A DNA stretch of 64,000 nt from Paragordius varius (taxonomy: Eukaryota > Animalia > Nematomorpha). Where the stretch lies: assembly GCA_964247055.1 (NCBI GenBank), contig OZ176055.1, positions 434,001 through 498,000 on the forward strand, read 5' to 3'. How positions within the stretch are numbered: the first letter of the stretch is position 1; every line of letters starts with the position of its first letter. The notes under the pieces are model-generated. The model did not search any database. It saw only the letters and a list, made by a program, of their open reading frames with translations, and was not told the DNA's origin. Below are positions 27,785 to 40,681 of this stretch, piece by piece. The position numbers were made by a program, and so were the translations under genes.

Positions 27785-28682
27785 TAGCTACTATTCATTC
27801 CGCCATTTTTGGCAAGCTGGTTGGTAAATCGCAAAAACTTATTCAGAAAATTTGTTTTTAAATATGAATTTTACATTTATAAGCATATTTTTGCAAAGTG
27901 TGGAATTTTGCATGCGGTCAGCACATAATATCTTGGAGAGCCGTACGTTCGACACCTCTGGTTTAATGTATTGTCGTTTTTCTAAAAATGATCATATAGC
28001 AATATGTTGGTACACCTTTAGCCAACAAAAAGTTATAAAGTTATGAATATTTAAATAGCAAAAAAGATATTTGGCTTATCTAATGTGGCCAAATATTTTT
28101 AACTTGGACGCAGTACAAAATTAAAACATACTTTGTCTGTTTTTACACCATCGGTGTGGTATATTACAAAGTTTTCACAAAAAATATCCTGATGAAATAT
28201 ATATTCTGATAGGAAAATATTAGGATTATCATAGCGCTTTTAACCTTTACGAGTTATTAAAGAAAATTTTTTACACTTTTGTAGTAGGTGCTCCGTATAA
28301 AATTGCAAAAGGTGCACAATTTGTTCATATATATTTTTTGGTGTAAGAAGTGTTTTATTTAAAAAAATATCACTAAAATATATAAACCATATATAAGAAG
28401 CAAAACTATATTAAAAGTTTTAAATTGTTGGATGTGGGCTCTGAAAGTCTCAAATTTTTTGGCTTTTTTAAAATGGACTGTTCTCTCAAAGAAAACGCAA
28501 TAATTCCGACAATGTGCAATAATTTTAAATAAAAGCTAAATTTTGATATCAACTAAATATATTTTTAAAAAAATGCATACTTTCAAAAATTTATTTTTCA
28601 ACAAAATTTTGTTGAAGCGAACTTCATACTATTTTCAGCATGATGGAAACGTAAACGGTTGATATGTTATAAGAATTATATA

Positions 28683-29943
28683 CACTGTGTGCAAAAAGAG
28701 GGTCATTTTGATTTAACGAAAAATTTTTTTTCATGAGAGAGCTTATGACCAATGTGTATGCCGCAAAATTTTTTATTTATTGACAACCTAGCTTTTGAAA
28801 TATTGAGAGAAAATCGAAATCGGGCAAAAAGTGAAAATTAAGGATAATTAAGGATAATTTAAAAAATAATGATAAAATTTAAAATATTATGGTTTATTAT
28901 CATTTTAGGAGAATGTTCAATATATAAATAGCCTAAAATCATATAATTTGGGTTTTTATAAAATTTCAGGTCAAAAGATTTCTTTTGTCACACTTAAAAG
29001 ACAAAATTTTAATGAAACTATATTAATATAATTTTTTTAATTATTTACTACCTAAACTCACTATTAAAATCTTAACATTCATATTTTATTCAGTAAAATA
29101 AATTTCTAGATCAAAATAAAAACAAAAATATTGTTTTTTATTTTTGCATTTTTTTTGTCATCTGGTTTCACTTGTTAAAAATTTATTCTGTTTTATTTTA
29201 GATTCTCACATGATTAGGAATTATTAAGTATATAATTTATGCACAATAGGATTGAAAAGTAGTGGAATATCAACCCAAATATCCTTACAATTTCCACTAA
29301 CAAGTCTGTTTTTTGACAAATTAATATTTGTATTGGGATTTGTACGGAATGGTGGTTGATATTCCACTATTTTTCAATCCTATGGTGCCTAAATTATATA
29401 ATTAATAATTCCTAATCATGTGAAAACCCAAAATACAACAGAATAAATTTTTTATACACTCATAAACCAGATGACAAAAAAATGCAAAATTAAAAAACAA
29501 TATTTTTGGTTTTATTTTGATATATAAGTTTATTTTACTGAATAAAATATGAATGTTAAGATTTTAATAGTGAGTTTAGGTAGTAAATATTTAAGAAATT
29601 ATATTAATATTCATTAAATTTTTTTTGTCTTTTAAGTGTGACAAAAGAAAACCCCCATCTTTTAGCCTGAAATTTTATAAAGACCCAAACTATATGATTT
29701 TAGACTATTTATATATTGAAAATTCTCCTAAAATGATAATGAACCATAATATTTTAAATTTTATCATTATTTTTTGAATTATCCTAAATTATTCTTAATT
29801 TTCACTTTTGCCCGATTTTGATTTTCAATATTTCAAAAGCTAGGCTATCAACAAATAAAAATTTTTGCGGCAAATGAATACGCTGGTCATAAGCTATCTC
29901 ATGAAAAAAAATTTTTTCGTTAAAAATTTTTTTGCACACAGTG
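28683..29943. mobile_element. 1.26-kb palindromic non-autonomous element (Tc1/mariner-like ends)
   Basis: TA|CACTGTGTGCAAAAA ... TTTTTGCACACAGTG|TA, with ~600-bp inverted arms around a ~70-bp loop. Confidence 0.8.
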
Positions 29944-30227
29944 TATATATTTCGATAATGCTATACGTTTTCCTCACTCAGAATTATTGTGTTTTACGTA
30001 AATTCACCAAAATTTGCAAGAAGGCAAACCTTTAAATATAGTAATGTTCAACATCATCGAATTATTTAGAAAAGGGTTTAATTTATATATTATAGCTTAT
30101 ATAGTTTCCATCATTCTTCAAAATAGTTTGAAGTACGCTTTAACAAGGTATCTCAAATTGTTTATTCAAAAAATAAGAAAACCTATAAAAATTAAAGTTT
30201 AGGAAAATTATTAAGATATATCATACC

Positions 30228-33200
30228 TAAGGTGACCAGATTTTTTGAAGGAAAAAGCGGGACAAATCCGAGAGGGGGGTCATTGGGGGGTACAACCAAA
30301 AATTTTATCAAAAAATTTATTGTGATATTTATTTATTTTTAACACAAATACATTATAAATATAAAAAAATTTGTACCTTACAGGTTGTTTGTATTTTATT
30401 CAATTTTTACATGTGCACGAACAAAGAGTGAAGTCATTGTAATATTTTAGAAAAAAATAATAAAGACAAAATCATCACAAAGTGCGATGGGTGATGCAAG
30501 AAGCGGCAAAAAAAATATTTTTAACAATATAGCGAATATTTGGCAGATACACAACGCTATTCAAACAGCTACTGATTTGCTACCCTGGATGTGGAAAATA
30601 TAGATGTTAAAATACTTGGATATTGTAGAACTGTTGGTTAGCTCTTTTGCCAGCGATTGAAATATTTATAAAAATGTGATCTCCTAGAATCCTATTTTTT
30701 ATCACAGGACAAAGGTCAAAATTCCAAGTCAAAAAAGGTTAGAAAATAATTTTATACCATTACCCAATCGCAATATTATAAAGCATCCAGAAAAACAAGG
30801 CTCAATGAATAGCCAGAATATAAAAATCTTTTATACAAACAGAAACGATTTTTTGGAAGACAAGACGGTGCAGAATGACACTTTTTTATGAAGTCTCCTT
30901 ATTAAAATATATCGAATGAAAACGGATAGAAATGGTTAAAATAATCATTTTTTAAACAAATTATGTTCCATACAATAATATTTTAATTGTAGAATTTGCA
31001 TTATCTTTACCTGAACCACTGCTATTGAACGCATTTTTCCACAGTAAATTAAGTAAGGACACGGAATCAAATTTAAATGTTGAATAAAAGCCATTTTATG
31101 TGAATTTGACAAATTATGAAGACGTATACAATATTTTAAGTAATTTTGTTTATTTTTTAACATAAAAACTTTAAAAATATAAGAAAATATTTTATTCTTT
31201 GGTATATTTTTTTGTTTGAGTGAATGCGTTTTAGCAGATTATCATCATTTTTAAAATATTGTAGAAGTCTTTACAAGAATTTTTCAAATTATATTTGACA
31301 GATAAAACGGTCTTTAAAGTTTCAACATTTAAATTTGTTTCCGATGTCCACACCTGATTTACTGTGGAAAAAACGCGCTCAGTAGCAGCGTTGGTTCCAG
31401 GTAAAGATAGTGCGAATCCACAATTTTTAAAATATTATTGTATGTAATACAGTTGCTTCAAAATGAAATATTTCCAACCATTTCTTTTCTACTGTATATT
31501 TTTCTTTTGTCCCTAATTTAAGTTTTTCATTATTAATATATCTTTTAACTAATGATACTTCAGAAAAAAGATCATTTTCTGAAAGATTACTTTTTGAGAA
31601 TTTTTGGGAGCAAATATAATCAAATGATTTTTGAACATCGCACCAATTAAATTCTGATTTTAATGTTATCTAATGAAAATGATCAATTTCATTGAATTGC
31701 CTCGTCCAGTTCCAAATAAACTTTACAGTTTGTATAAATCATTTTTATATGGTACAGGATATCTTGGCGATTTATTAAGCCTTGTTTTTCTAAATTATTT
31801 ATTATATTGCGGATGGTAATGGTATAAAATTATTTTCTAACCGTTCTTGACATTGGAATTTTAGGTTACTAACTTCATTTGCTTAATTTCGTTTGCCGGA
31901 ATTTTGTCACCTTCTATAAATTTAATAACATTTTGAAAGAGAGAAGCTTGATTATGTTAGAATTCTAACCATATTTTTAAAGAATCACTTTCAAAAAATT
32001 TTTTTTAAGTTGTAGGACATTTGTCCTGTGATAAAAAAAGATTTTAAAGGATCATACATTTTTAAAATTTTTTCGATAGCTGGCATAAAAGCTAACCAAC
32101 GAGTTTTACAATATCCAAGCATTTTTTGATATTGAACTTCTGCATTTTCACAGAATTCTTTAAGCGTTTCAACACTACCGTGTATATATAAAAATAGGAA
32201 TATATTTTAACAACTACATTTTCCACATCTGGTAACAAATCAGCAGCTGTTATAATAGCGTTGTGTATTATATGCGTTGCACCCAACGTCAATAATGTTT
32301 TGATTAAGATTATCTGCTAATTACTGAAAATTATTTTTTGTTCCCCTCCTTGCTTTTCCACCAAAGTTCGTATTGGTGTTGTCAGCGCAATATGCGATAA
32401 TTTTGTCTTTTAAACTATTTTTTTCTAGAATATGCATTATCGAAGTAAATATTATTTCAGAATTTTCATCGGTTAGGGAAATTTTATCTAAAATTTTAAT
32501 TTTTACTCCGGTTTCTGAATCAAAATATCTTATCAAAGTGGGAAATAATTTTGTTTCATGGTGATTTGAAGCATCAGAGTATAGGGAAAAGAAATTAATT
32601 TTTAGCAAATCTTTTTGTATTTCAGAAATAGCATGTGGCGAAAGGATATTGCACACAATGGCTTCAGCCTTTGTACGGGCACATATAAATTTTTTATGGA
32701 ATAACGTGCGAATAACCTGTGAGGTACAGTCCATTGATCTAAAAGAATGGTTGTGATTTACGGCGTGAAAGGATAACACGCCCTCAGCTAGTGCCGAATT
32801 CTTTTCTTCCTCTCCAAAAGCGGTTTTTCGAAAAAAATCGCTCATTTTGTGAGATGATATAACTAAACATTTTTTATGTTTCTGTGTTTCCATATGCTTT
32901 GTAATATCATGTTTGCCGCCATGTGCTAGGGTGAATTCCCCCTCGCATATAGGACATTTAAAAGATGATTCATTCTTCGTTTTTTTGATAAAAGGAAAAT
33001 CTTTCACAAATTCATCGTTGAATTTACAACCTCTTTTTGTGCTCATATTTATAAACTACTATTAGTATAATAAATATTATATTACCTTAATTTTCTGAAA
33101 TAAACGTGTAAGGTACCGATTTGTGGTATCAATTTGTCTTTTAATCTAGAGATTTGTGGTATTAACTTGGCTTGATGATGACAGTAATAGTAGGAAGGAA

Positions 33201-33390
33201 AGTGTATAATCATATGATATAAATTCGAAAAAAATAAATATTAATTTAAAAACAAAAAATTTTAATTTAAAATTTATATAGATATTAAAGATATTTAATG
33301 ATAAAAAATTTAAACGGATAAAAAAAATTTATTTGTATTAAAGAAAATTTTTTTTAGAATCGTGAAAAAGCGGGACGTCTGGTCACCTTA
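30228..33390 (-). mobile_element. hAT DNA transposon with exact 8-bp TSD
   Basis: TIR TAAGGTGACCAGA at both ends; TSD ATCATACC at 30220-30227 and 33391-33398. Confidence 0.93.
31190..33046 (-). pseudogene. hAT transposase, frameshifted
   Basis: BED-type zinc finger (CPIC...H...H), catalytic-region motifs FSLYSDAS and YCADNTN, frameshifted CxxH region (xHIIHNA), and dimerisation motif LSLPGTNAATERVFS at ~31340-31420. Confidence 0.88.
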
Positions 33391-35761
33391 ATCATACCTC
33401 CCACCTAATTAGTATAGAAAACGTAAAAAATTCAATTTTTTAATACGAAAACATATGCCATATATAATAAATTTTGAATAATATGTTACGGTAATACAAT
33501 TTTCTATATAATTTCCCATTTGATAATTTTAACAAAAAATGAACTTTCTTAACCTGATCAAACATTTATTATATCATAAATTAATTTTATTAATATTAAA
33601 TTTTGAGGCTTCTTTTTGTGGAAGCCCTGAGTAAAAAAGCCTTTAGCCTGAATCTTACGGTGGAGTGGGAGATTTATAATTTCGCCACTCCACGAAAGGC
33701 TGCAATCCTAAGCGGTTTGACCAATCCAAAACCCAATATGTATAATTCAAGCAGAAAAAAAATAGTAACCAATTAAAAATAGGCCAATTTTAGTTTTTAC
33801 CGTAAAATGAACCATTTCTTTACAAATTATGGGGTTATTTTTACAGAGGGTACTATATTAAATTCTAAAATAATTTTTTTAAATAAAATGTAAAAAATGA
33901 ATATTTTTGAAAAATTAAATTTTTTAATTTCAAAAAGGAGTACAAAAGTGGGCGCAGTACAGGCGCAGTTTTTATGTGAAAAACCAGTACTGTACTGCAA
34001 AAAACAGCCTATCTGGTCACATTAGGCTTATCTCGCTTATTTTTTAAGGCCATTTAACAGAAATATTTTTTACACATACATTAATCGAGGAGTCTTGGTA
34101 TTAACGATAAAAAAAAATTTTGGTTTCAAATGGACAGTTAAAACATATTATTGTTAATTTGATTAAAGTATTTGATAACTTGTCGAATAATTCACAAAAA
34201 AAGTATGTGTAATTGTCAGCATTATTGGTCGGTATAAAAATACATAAATTGTGAGAAAAAACCATTCTATACTTTTTCCTTTCCCCTATAATATACGGAG
34301 AAAATAGCTAAAATGAGTGATTTGACCCTAAAAATGTCTTTTGCTTCGAAATATTAATTTAAGGGATGCATAATATACTTTATTAAAATTTAAACAATTC
34401 TAATAGTGTGGATGATAATCAAATGCATCATATCTATAGTGTGCATAAAATTGGTAGATATAAAGCATGATGGAATATATATATATAGGGAAAATGTACC
34501 AGGATTCTCATGGTGCTTTTAGTTTTGGGCCTTGTGAGTAATTCACGAAAGTTATTATAAATTTTGTTGTAGCTACTCCATATCGAACGATTGCAAAATT
34601 TACCACAGTATGCTGAATTAAATTTTTTTGGTGGAAGTTAAACGCCTTGTTTCAAAAACGTAATCTCATAAACTCTATATTTTTAAAGCGAAACATTATT
34701 TATATAAATTTTTTAAACGTGGGGTCAAATTTCGACCCTCTCTAAAATGGGCCGATAATAGGTTTTAATCTATGCTAAACATACAAACACATACAGAATC
34801 AAAATTTTACGGACAAAACGTGAGAATATAAAGATAAATATGACAATACTTTTTAAATCGTGTTTTAAAACTTAAATAATTGTTAAAAATTGTAAAGTGT
34901 GGAATAGAGATGTATATTGATAACACAATCAATGTGTATTTTACGATTGTAGTTAAATATTTTTTATAGAGCAAATTAAGGTTTGAAAAGGTATGTTTGC
35001 CTTTTGAAAAAAAATATTTCTTTATAATTTTACATTTTGTCCGTATAATATCAATTTTTACTGTAATTAAAAAAAAAATGCATGCTTTCTTCAAATTTAA
35101 TGTGTTTTTTAAATCTAGTTGAAGGGCACTACATGAAACTTTGAAACATATGGAAACGGTATTACAATGCATCCAGACATTACACAAATACTTTTTCTGT
35201 ATAATTCGATAATGCTAAACATTTCTATCATTGAGGAAGAATAAATTATTCGCTTGTCTTAGAATTCAGATTTAAAATGGGTTTTTTAAAAAAATTTAAA
35301 CGAATTTGAGAGCAATCAAACTTTTAAGTAATATTCTGTGCGTTAAGAATCATCGAAATATATAGAAAAAGCGCAAACGTTTTTATATCCTTTCCACCTG
35401 CTTTGAAATACCGACTCGCTTATCCATTTTTTCGGAAAATTTTTTTTTGGTTATAATTAAAATTTAGATGGTTCAATCTCAACTTTTTCGTCTGATTGCC
35501 CTGTTTGTACAGGTATAACAAATTACTTTCATGGGATGGCTTTCCATCTGTAGTTTATGATTTTATAAATTTCAATATTTTTTGGAATGATGCAATTAGC
35601 CTTTACCAAAAAATTTATTAAACATTATGTTCGCAAATTTTGGCAACATTTTCCATATGAAGCAGTTATTACAAAAGTGTAAGTATTTTTAACTCCCTCG
35701 TAAGGGCCAAAATTAAAAGCACCTGATAATCCTGATACATTTTCCTATTAGAATATAAATA

Positions 35762-36170
35762 CACCATTTGCACTTCATGAGTGTCCTTGAACACTTCAAG
35801 TTGGTCCTTGAACATTTCAAGTTGGTCTTCGAACACTTGAGATTGATCCTGTTTAAGTTTGGCTTTAACCATAAACTTTGCATGTATTTATTTATTTTAA
35901 TAATTTCCAACCAAATTTTCTGATTTTTTTATACATTTAATCATTTAACATTATTTTTCATTAAAACAGTAATTTTTTCCAATATTAAATTATAAATGTT
36001 TTCAACAAAAGATTATATTTGAAAACCCAGAAAACTTATATTTTTTGAATTACGCGTTAAAATTAATGTATTGTAAAGCTAAAAACAAAACAAAAAAGTT
36101 AAAGAGGACCAACTTGAAATGTTCAAGGAACAACTTGAAGTATTCATGGACACTTGAAGTGCAAATAGTA
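35762..36170. mobile_element. Foldback family 2 copy
   Basis: CACCATTTGCACTTCA ... TGAAGTGCAAATAGTA termini, 21-bp units, followed by a TA run. Confidence 0.65.
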
Positions 36171-36963
36171 TATATTTATATTATATATATATATATATCA
36201 TCATGATATATTTTTTATGGATACTGCAGAACCTATTTTTTAACTGATCTTTGAATAAAAAATATTTTTCATATATTATCATAAAATTATACATATGAAA
36301 TAACTTTTTTAAAACATTGGCGCTATTTTCCTTTGTTTTGGGAAACAAATTGTCGAAAACAATTGGTAGATAATATTTTAAGCATATAATACACTTTTAA
36401 TAATATAATTTATATTATATTTAAACAAAATCCTTAAACTTACGTTGATATACCCAAAAATTCGATTTTCACCTATATATTCAAGGCATAAGAAACCTCA
36501 AAATAATTTTGATAAGTATATATCGAAACTATATATTTTAGCTAAATATCAATAATCTCAATGTATATGTAAACAAAAAAATAACATAGATAAGAATAAA
36601 AATTTATTAAATTAGAATATAAATCACGGTTTTAAAAAGTTATAAATAAAAAAATAAAATAGGTTTTTCAATGTAGATCATCAAGAGCTGACATGTAATT
36701 TTTTATGTAAATGCTTAAACAAGTTTCACACTCAGGTTTATTAAACAGCTATTAGTTACAATGGCATCAATGACCATTTGCAAAATAAAACTGTATACAG
36801 TATATAATTTTTTTCATTAAATTTACATTTTTAACCTCCTGATTTATTAAGGTTCCATTTTTCAGCTGATCATATTTTTTTTTAAAAAAAATTACTCATT
36901 GATGTATATTATAGTTAACAAATGGCTATTTATAAAAAAAGTTAAAGTTATCAAAATGAAATC

Positions 36964-38805
36964 TTAAATGCGAGAAAACAGTTTTTTAATTTGTCCCTTG
37001 GTAGCTTTGCAAAATGTTTTAAGCCATCGGCAATAGACTCTCCGGATGTTTGAATCAAAAATTAGGTTAATGTATACACCCAACAATGGGTTAAATTGTT
37101 TGAGGACGTGGACAAGCAATTGAATATTATAGAGATGCCATTTATAGTTATAACTCCAGGCATAACCCGTCACTAAAACAAACACAATGTAAGGCAGATT
37201 AAAGACAAACAACTGAGAACTTTGAACTCCAATTAGAATGTTGGTTTTGATAGCGGCTTTACGAGAAACTTGATTGAAGCGTTTACATATCAATTTTTTA
37301 AATTTGTAAGCCGAAATGACTGATATGGGAAAATGTGGGGCTTGTTTGATGGGTTTACCCACCAGATTTTTAGCATGCTTCTCATCTGATATTGTAATAT
37401 GTTTAGAACTAGGCCGATTTGGTATATTAACTACGGTTTTCTTTGCATCAAAACTATTATCTTTTGCCCGATTAGTTTGGGGTGCATTAGAATTATTTGC
37501 ATTATTTACTGCCTTCCGTGAAAGCTTAGCCTTAAAACTCAAGTACCTGGGTCCAATCTTTATGCGATTCATGTAGATTTTTTTAAAGATGACAGCATTA
37601 CAAGTTAAAGCAATGACTAACGGAATTAAATACATTAAACTAACGTACGCTTTGTCAAAACTACGCGTCCACGATTCATTAATTTGATCCAAGTAATAAA
37701 AATTATAGTTGAATTCCCCATGAATTATGGACATGTGTTGCTGCATTTCTGCATAACTCACATTTCCTTGTACTGCTAATCCAGGCATGTTTAGCTTCAA
37801 ATGTGTAAGCGGAGATTCAATAATAAATTTTTTATAATTTCGATCCTCTTTGTCCAATGTAAAACAGGGAAACGTTGTATGTATATGATTCTCTTTAATG
37901 TAATCAGAACTATCAAAAGTAACGGAATGAATTGGGGCATCAGAATGATAGCCTCCTTTAAAAGCGATTGGGTGTGGAATCCTGTTACCAGTTTTAACTG
38001 TAAGCATTAAAGCGTAAGGTACAGAGAATAGAGCTGAAACAATACTAAACACCAGGCAAATCAGGATAATTTTACGCTTGGTAAAATTTCGACCATATGA
38101 GAGCGGTTTATACAAGGCATAAATACGATCAAACCCAATGAAAGCTGTCATCCAATTTGCGCTTGTGGCAAAAAACTCTTCAAGAAACCAATGGTATCGC
38201 GTAACAAATTTGTAATACATCCCGTCCGATCGCGAGATAACAGACAATCCACTGTTGATTTTGTTCAGGTCTCGTTCGTTTGTATAAGGTTTCATATGTC
38301 CATTGAAATCATTGACATAGACCCAATTCGAATTCATTTGCTTGATAGGTGTTAAGGGGTTAAAATGACTATCCTTAATAACGTGATGTGTCGTGTGATC
38401 AAAATCACATGACCTCGCAATAAAAATGTAAGCGATGGGCCAAATCAAAAAATTAAGTGTAGCCGAGATGTCACACACCAACAAATAGTATATGTAAACG
38501 TAGAAATGAGGTTTTCGTTTCACTCTCAGGGTACAAGCGTAGAACAGTACGTTACCTAGTATACCGGCAACAGTTAGTGAACTTAGTAAATACTTCTCAA
38601 CAATTAGTTCGGCTACAGAGAAATGTCGCGCTGCCAAAGTCCCACCCACATTCGACATAAGGAACAAAAGTGTGAGGCAAAACTTTAACAAAGTTGAAAT
38701 GCCAAATGAATTACCATTTGGTACATAGTTTGATTGGTGAATGAATAATGATATGGATGATAGTGGTGCTTGTTTGAAGTGTACCATCATATTCAATATT
38801 GGCAT
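36964..38805 (-). CDS. Class A (rhodopsin-like) peptide-type GPCR, single exon, 613 aa
   Basis: Seven TM segments with GN in TM1, D in TM2 (LLVCD), DRI in TM3, P in TM4/5/6 (NLPY) and FNPLLGVY in TM7. Confidence 0.9.
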   Translation of the reverse strand: MPILNMMVHFKQAPLSSISLFIHQSNYVPNGNSFGISTLLKFCLTLLFLMSNVGGTLAARHFSVAELIVEKYLLSSLTVAGILGNVLFYACTLRVKRKPHFYVYIYYLLVCDISATLNFLIWPIAYIFIARSCDFDHTTHHVIKDSHFNPLTPIKQMNSNWVYVNDFNGHMKPYTNERDLNKINSGLSVISRSDGMYYKFVTRYHWFLEEFFATSANWMTAFIGFDRIYALYKPLSYGRNFTKRKIILICLVFSIVSALFSVPYALMLTVKTGNRIPHPIAFKGGYHSDAPIHSVTFDSSDYIKENHIHTTFPCFTLDKEDRNYKKFIIESPLTHLKLNMPGLAVQGNVSYAEMQQHMSIIHGEFNYNFYYLDQINESWTRSFDKAYVSLMYLIPLVIALTCNAVIFKKIYMNRIKIGPRYLSFKAKLSRKAVNNANNSNAPQTNRAKDNSFDAKKTVVNIPNRPSSKHITISDEKHAKNLVGKPIKQAPHFPISVISAYKFKKLICKRFNQVSRKAAIKTNILIGVQSSQLFVFNLPYIVFVLVTGYAWSYNYKWHLYNIQLLVHVLKQFNPLLGVYINLIFDSNIRRVYCRWLKTFCKATKGQIKKLFSRI

Positions 38806-40681
38806 TATTAATTAATTAATTAATCATTAATAGTAGAGTTTTGATAGTAGTACTTAGTTATGGGAGAGGCTTGTGCAAAACCACTTTAAGCTTTTATTAG
38901 CTATTAAAACGTGTGATTCCAAATAAACACAATTAAAAAAATGTATTATATGAACTTTTATAAAATGCGTATTTTTCAGCTAATTATAATTATTATATGA
39001 AAGTTTTGGTATAAAAATAAAGTGAGGCAGGTACCTTTCCTCGCATATTCTGGGTGTAAACACAATATATATAACTGGCTGGCCATTATTTTTTTCTCCA
39101 TTATTTATAATATGTGTTAATCCATCTTCCAATATTTTGATTCTATTTCCCAATTTTTGCGTCAATTAATAAAATTAATAATTTATGAAATAACTAATTC
39201 TTCCTTTAACCTAACAAAGATGAGATATCAATTGTTTAATTAAACTTCTCAAAATATTTTGCTTATAACAGAAATAAATAATAAAACGTAAAAAATGTTG
39301 GAAAATGTTTCAACATCCATTATAATATTATATCAAAGCGGAGAAAAAAGAATTAAACATTTAAATTATTTATAAGAATTAAGTCATTTTAATTAATTCG
39401 AACAAAACCTAATTATTACAGCATTATTTTGATACCGAACCAAATATAGGGACTGATTGTACGTTTCAATACATTTAAAATTCAAAAAAATTTAGCAGTT
39501 CAAACGCCATATAAAAGAAATAAACCGAAAACCAAAATGCGTCTAATAGCTGATTATTATATAATTTTTACATTAAACGCGCGACTCCGAGGGCCGCATT
39601 TATGCACGTGTGAAAAATTTAGAAATCCATAAATTATAAAAATACTCATTTGAATAGTTCTAAACAACTTTTTCAAATAAGTCTATCTAATTGGCAAGAA
39701 CTAGAAAAAATTGGTATAATATGTTTGCATTTTATAGTTTTATGTTTGAAATCTAATATTTATTTATGAATGTTACCCATATATGTTTAGAATGCGGTCC
39801 GCCGGGTTTTTTAAGTCAAAAATACGACCCACGAAGCCATTTGTATTAAACACCTCTGCTTTGAATGATAACCCTTTCTTTATTTACACGGTGTGCGCAC
39901 AACAAATAAAAGTGTATAAATTAATATATTAATAGATAAAAGCTTCGATATAATGGATATGCTATATGTAACGGAGAAAATACTATAAAAAAGTTAATAT
40001 CATTATTTCTAATTGGCCAAAATCGAGAAATGGCATTTTTCTTGCACATAACTTTGAATAAAAGCAATACAATGACGTTTTTAATGACGTTTTTAATGAA
40101 TTTTTTTTGCTTATTATTTAGATAACCTAAAACGCAAAACTGTTTAAGGTTTCATATTTTAAAGAAAGTCCCTAAAAGATTATAAATCTATATAAAATAT
40201 GAGGCCTGGTCCAAAAATAAAATAATTTTATTTGATAGTAAAATTTCTTGATTAGTACTTGTCAATCTTGCTTTAATCCCTGCAATATCTTAAGACTGGA
40301 ATTAACAATTTAATGTTAATTGGGCTCAAAACCCATAGTTTTGCGTTCGCCAGTGAGATTATGAAACTACAATATATTGCTAATAATAATAAGATATTTT
40401 ATTTATGCGCATTTGTTTGTTTACAACAAATTAATATAATATATAAATAGATAGATGTTTAAGGGCGAATTCACACAAGAAGCCAACAAACATACATATA
40501 TATATGCGAAAAGAGATATAGCCACGTTGCCTTCAAACGGAATGATAACATATTTGGTTATATCGAAGTGAAGTATTATTGGATTATTATTTGTAGTTAA
40601 CAAATTGTATGAAATCAAGGCATTTCACGATTTTTGGGGTATGTGTACGCTTATAAAAACTTTTTACATGTTTCGATATTA

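Noticed and set aside
33590-33630. Sm-site-like AATTTTGAG followed by a stem-loop (snRNA 3' end?)
   Set aside because: The upstream sequence has no U1/U2/U4/U5 conserved elements.
34807-35187. 126-aa Cys-containing minus ORF
   Set aside because: Mostly read-through of a 290-bp MITE copy, with no supporting splice partners.
38980-39165. 61-codon minus ORF with a donor-like end between the dynein and GPCR genes
   Set aside because: No ATG, no recognisable homology, and no compatible acceptor into the GPCR was identified.
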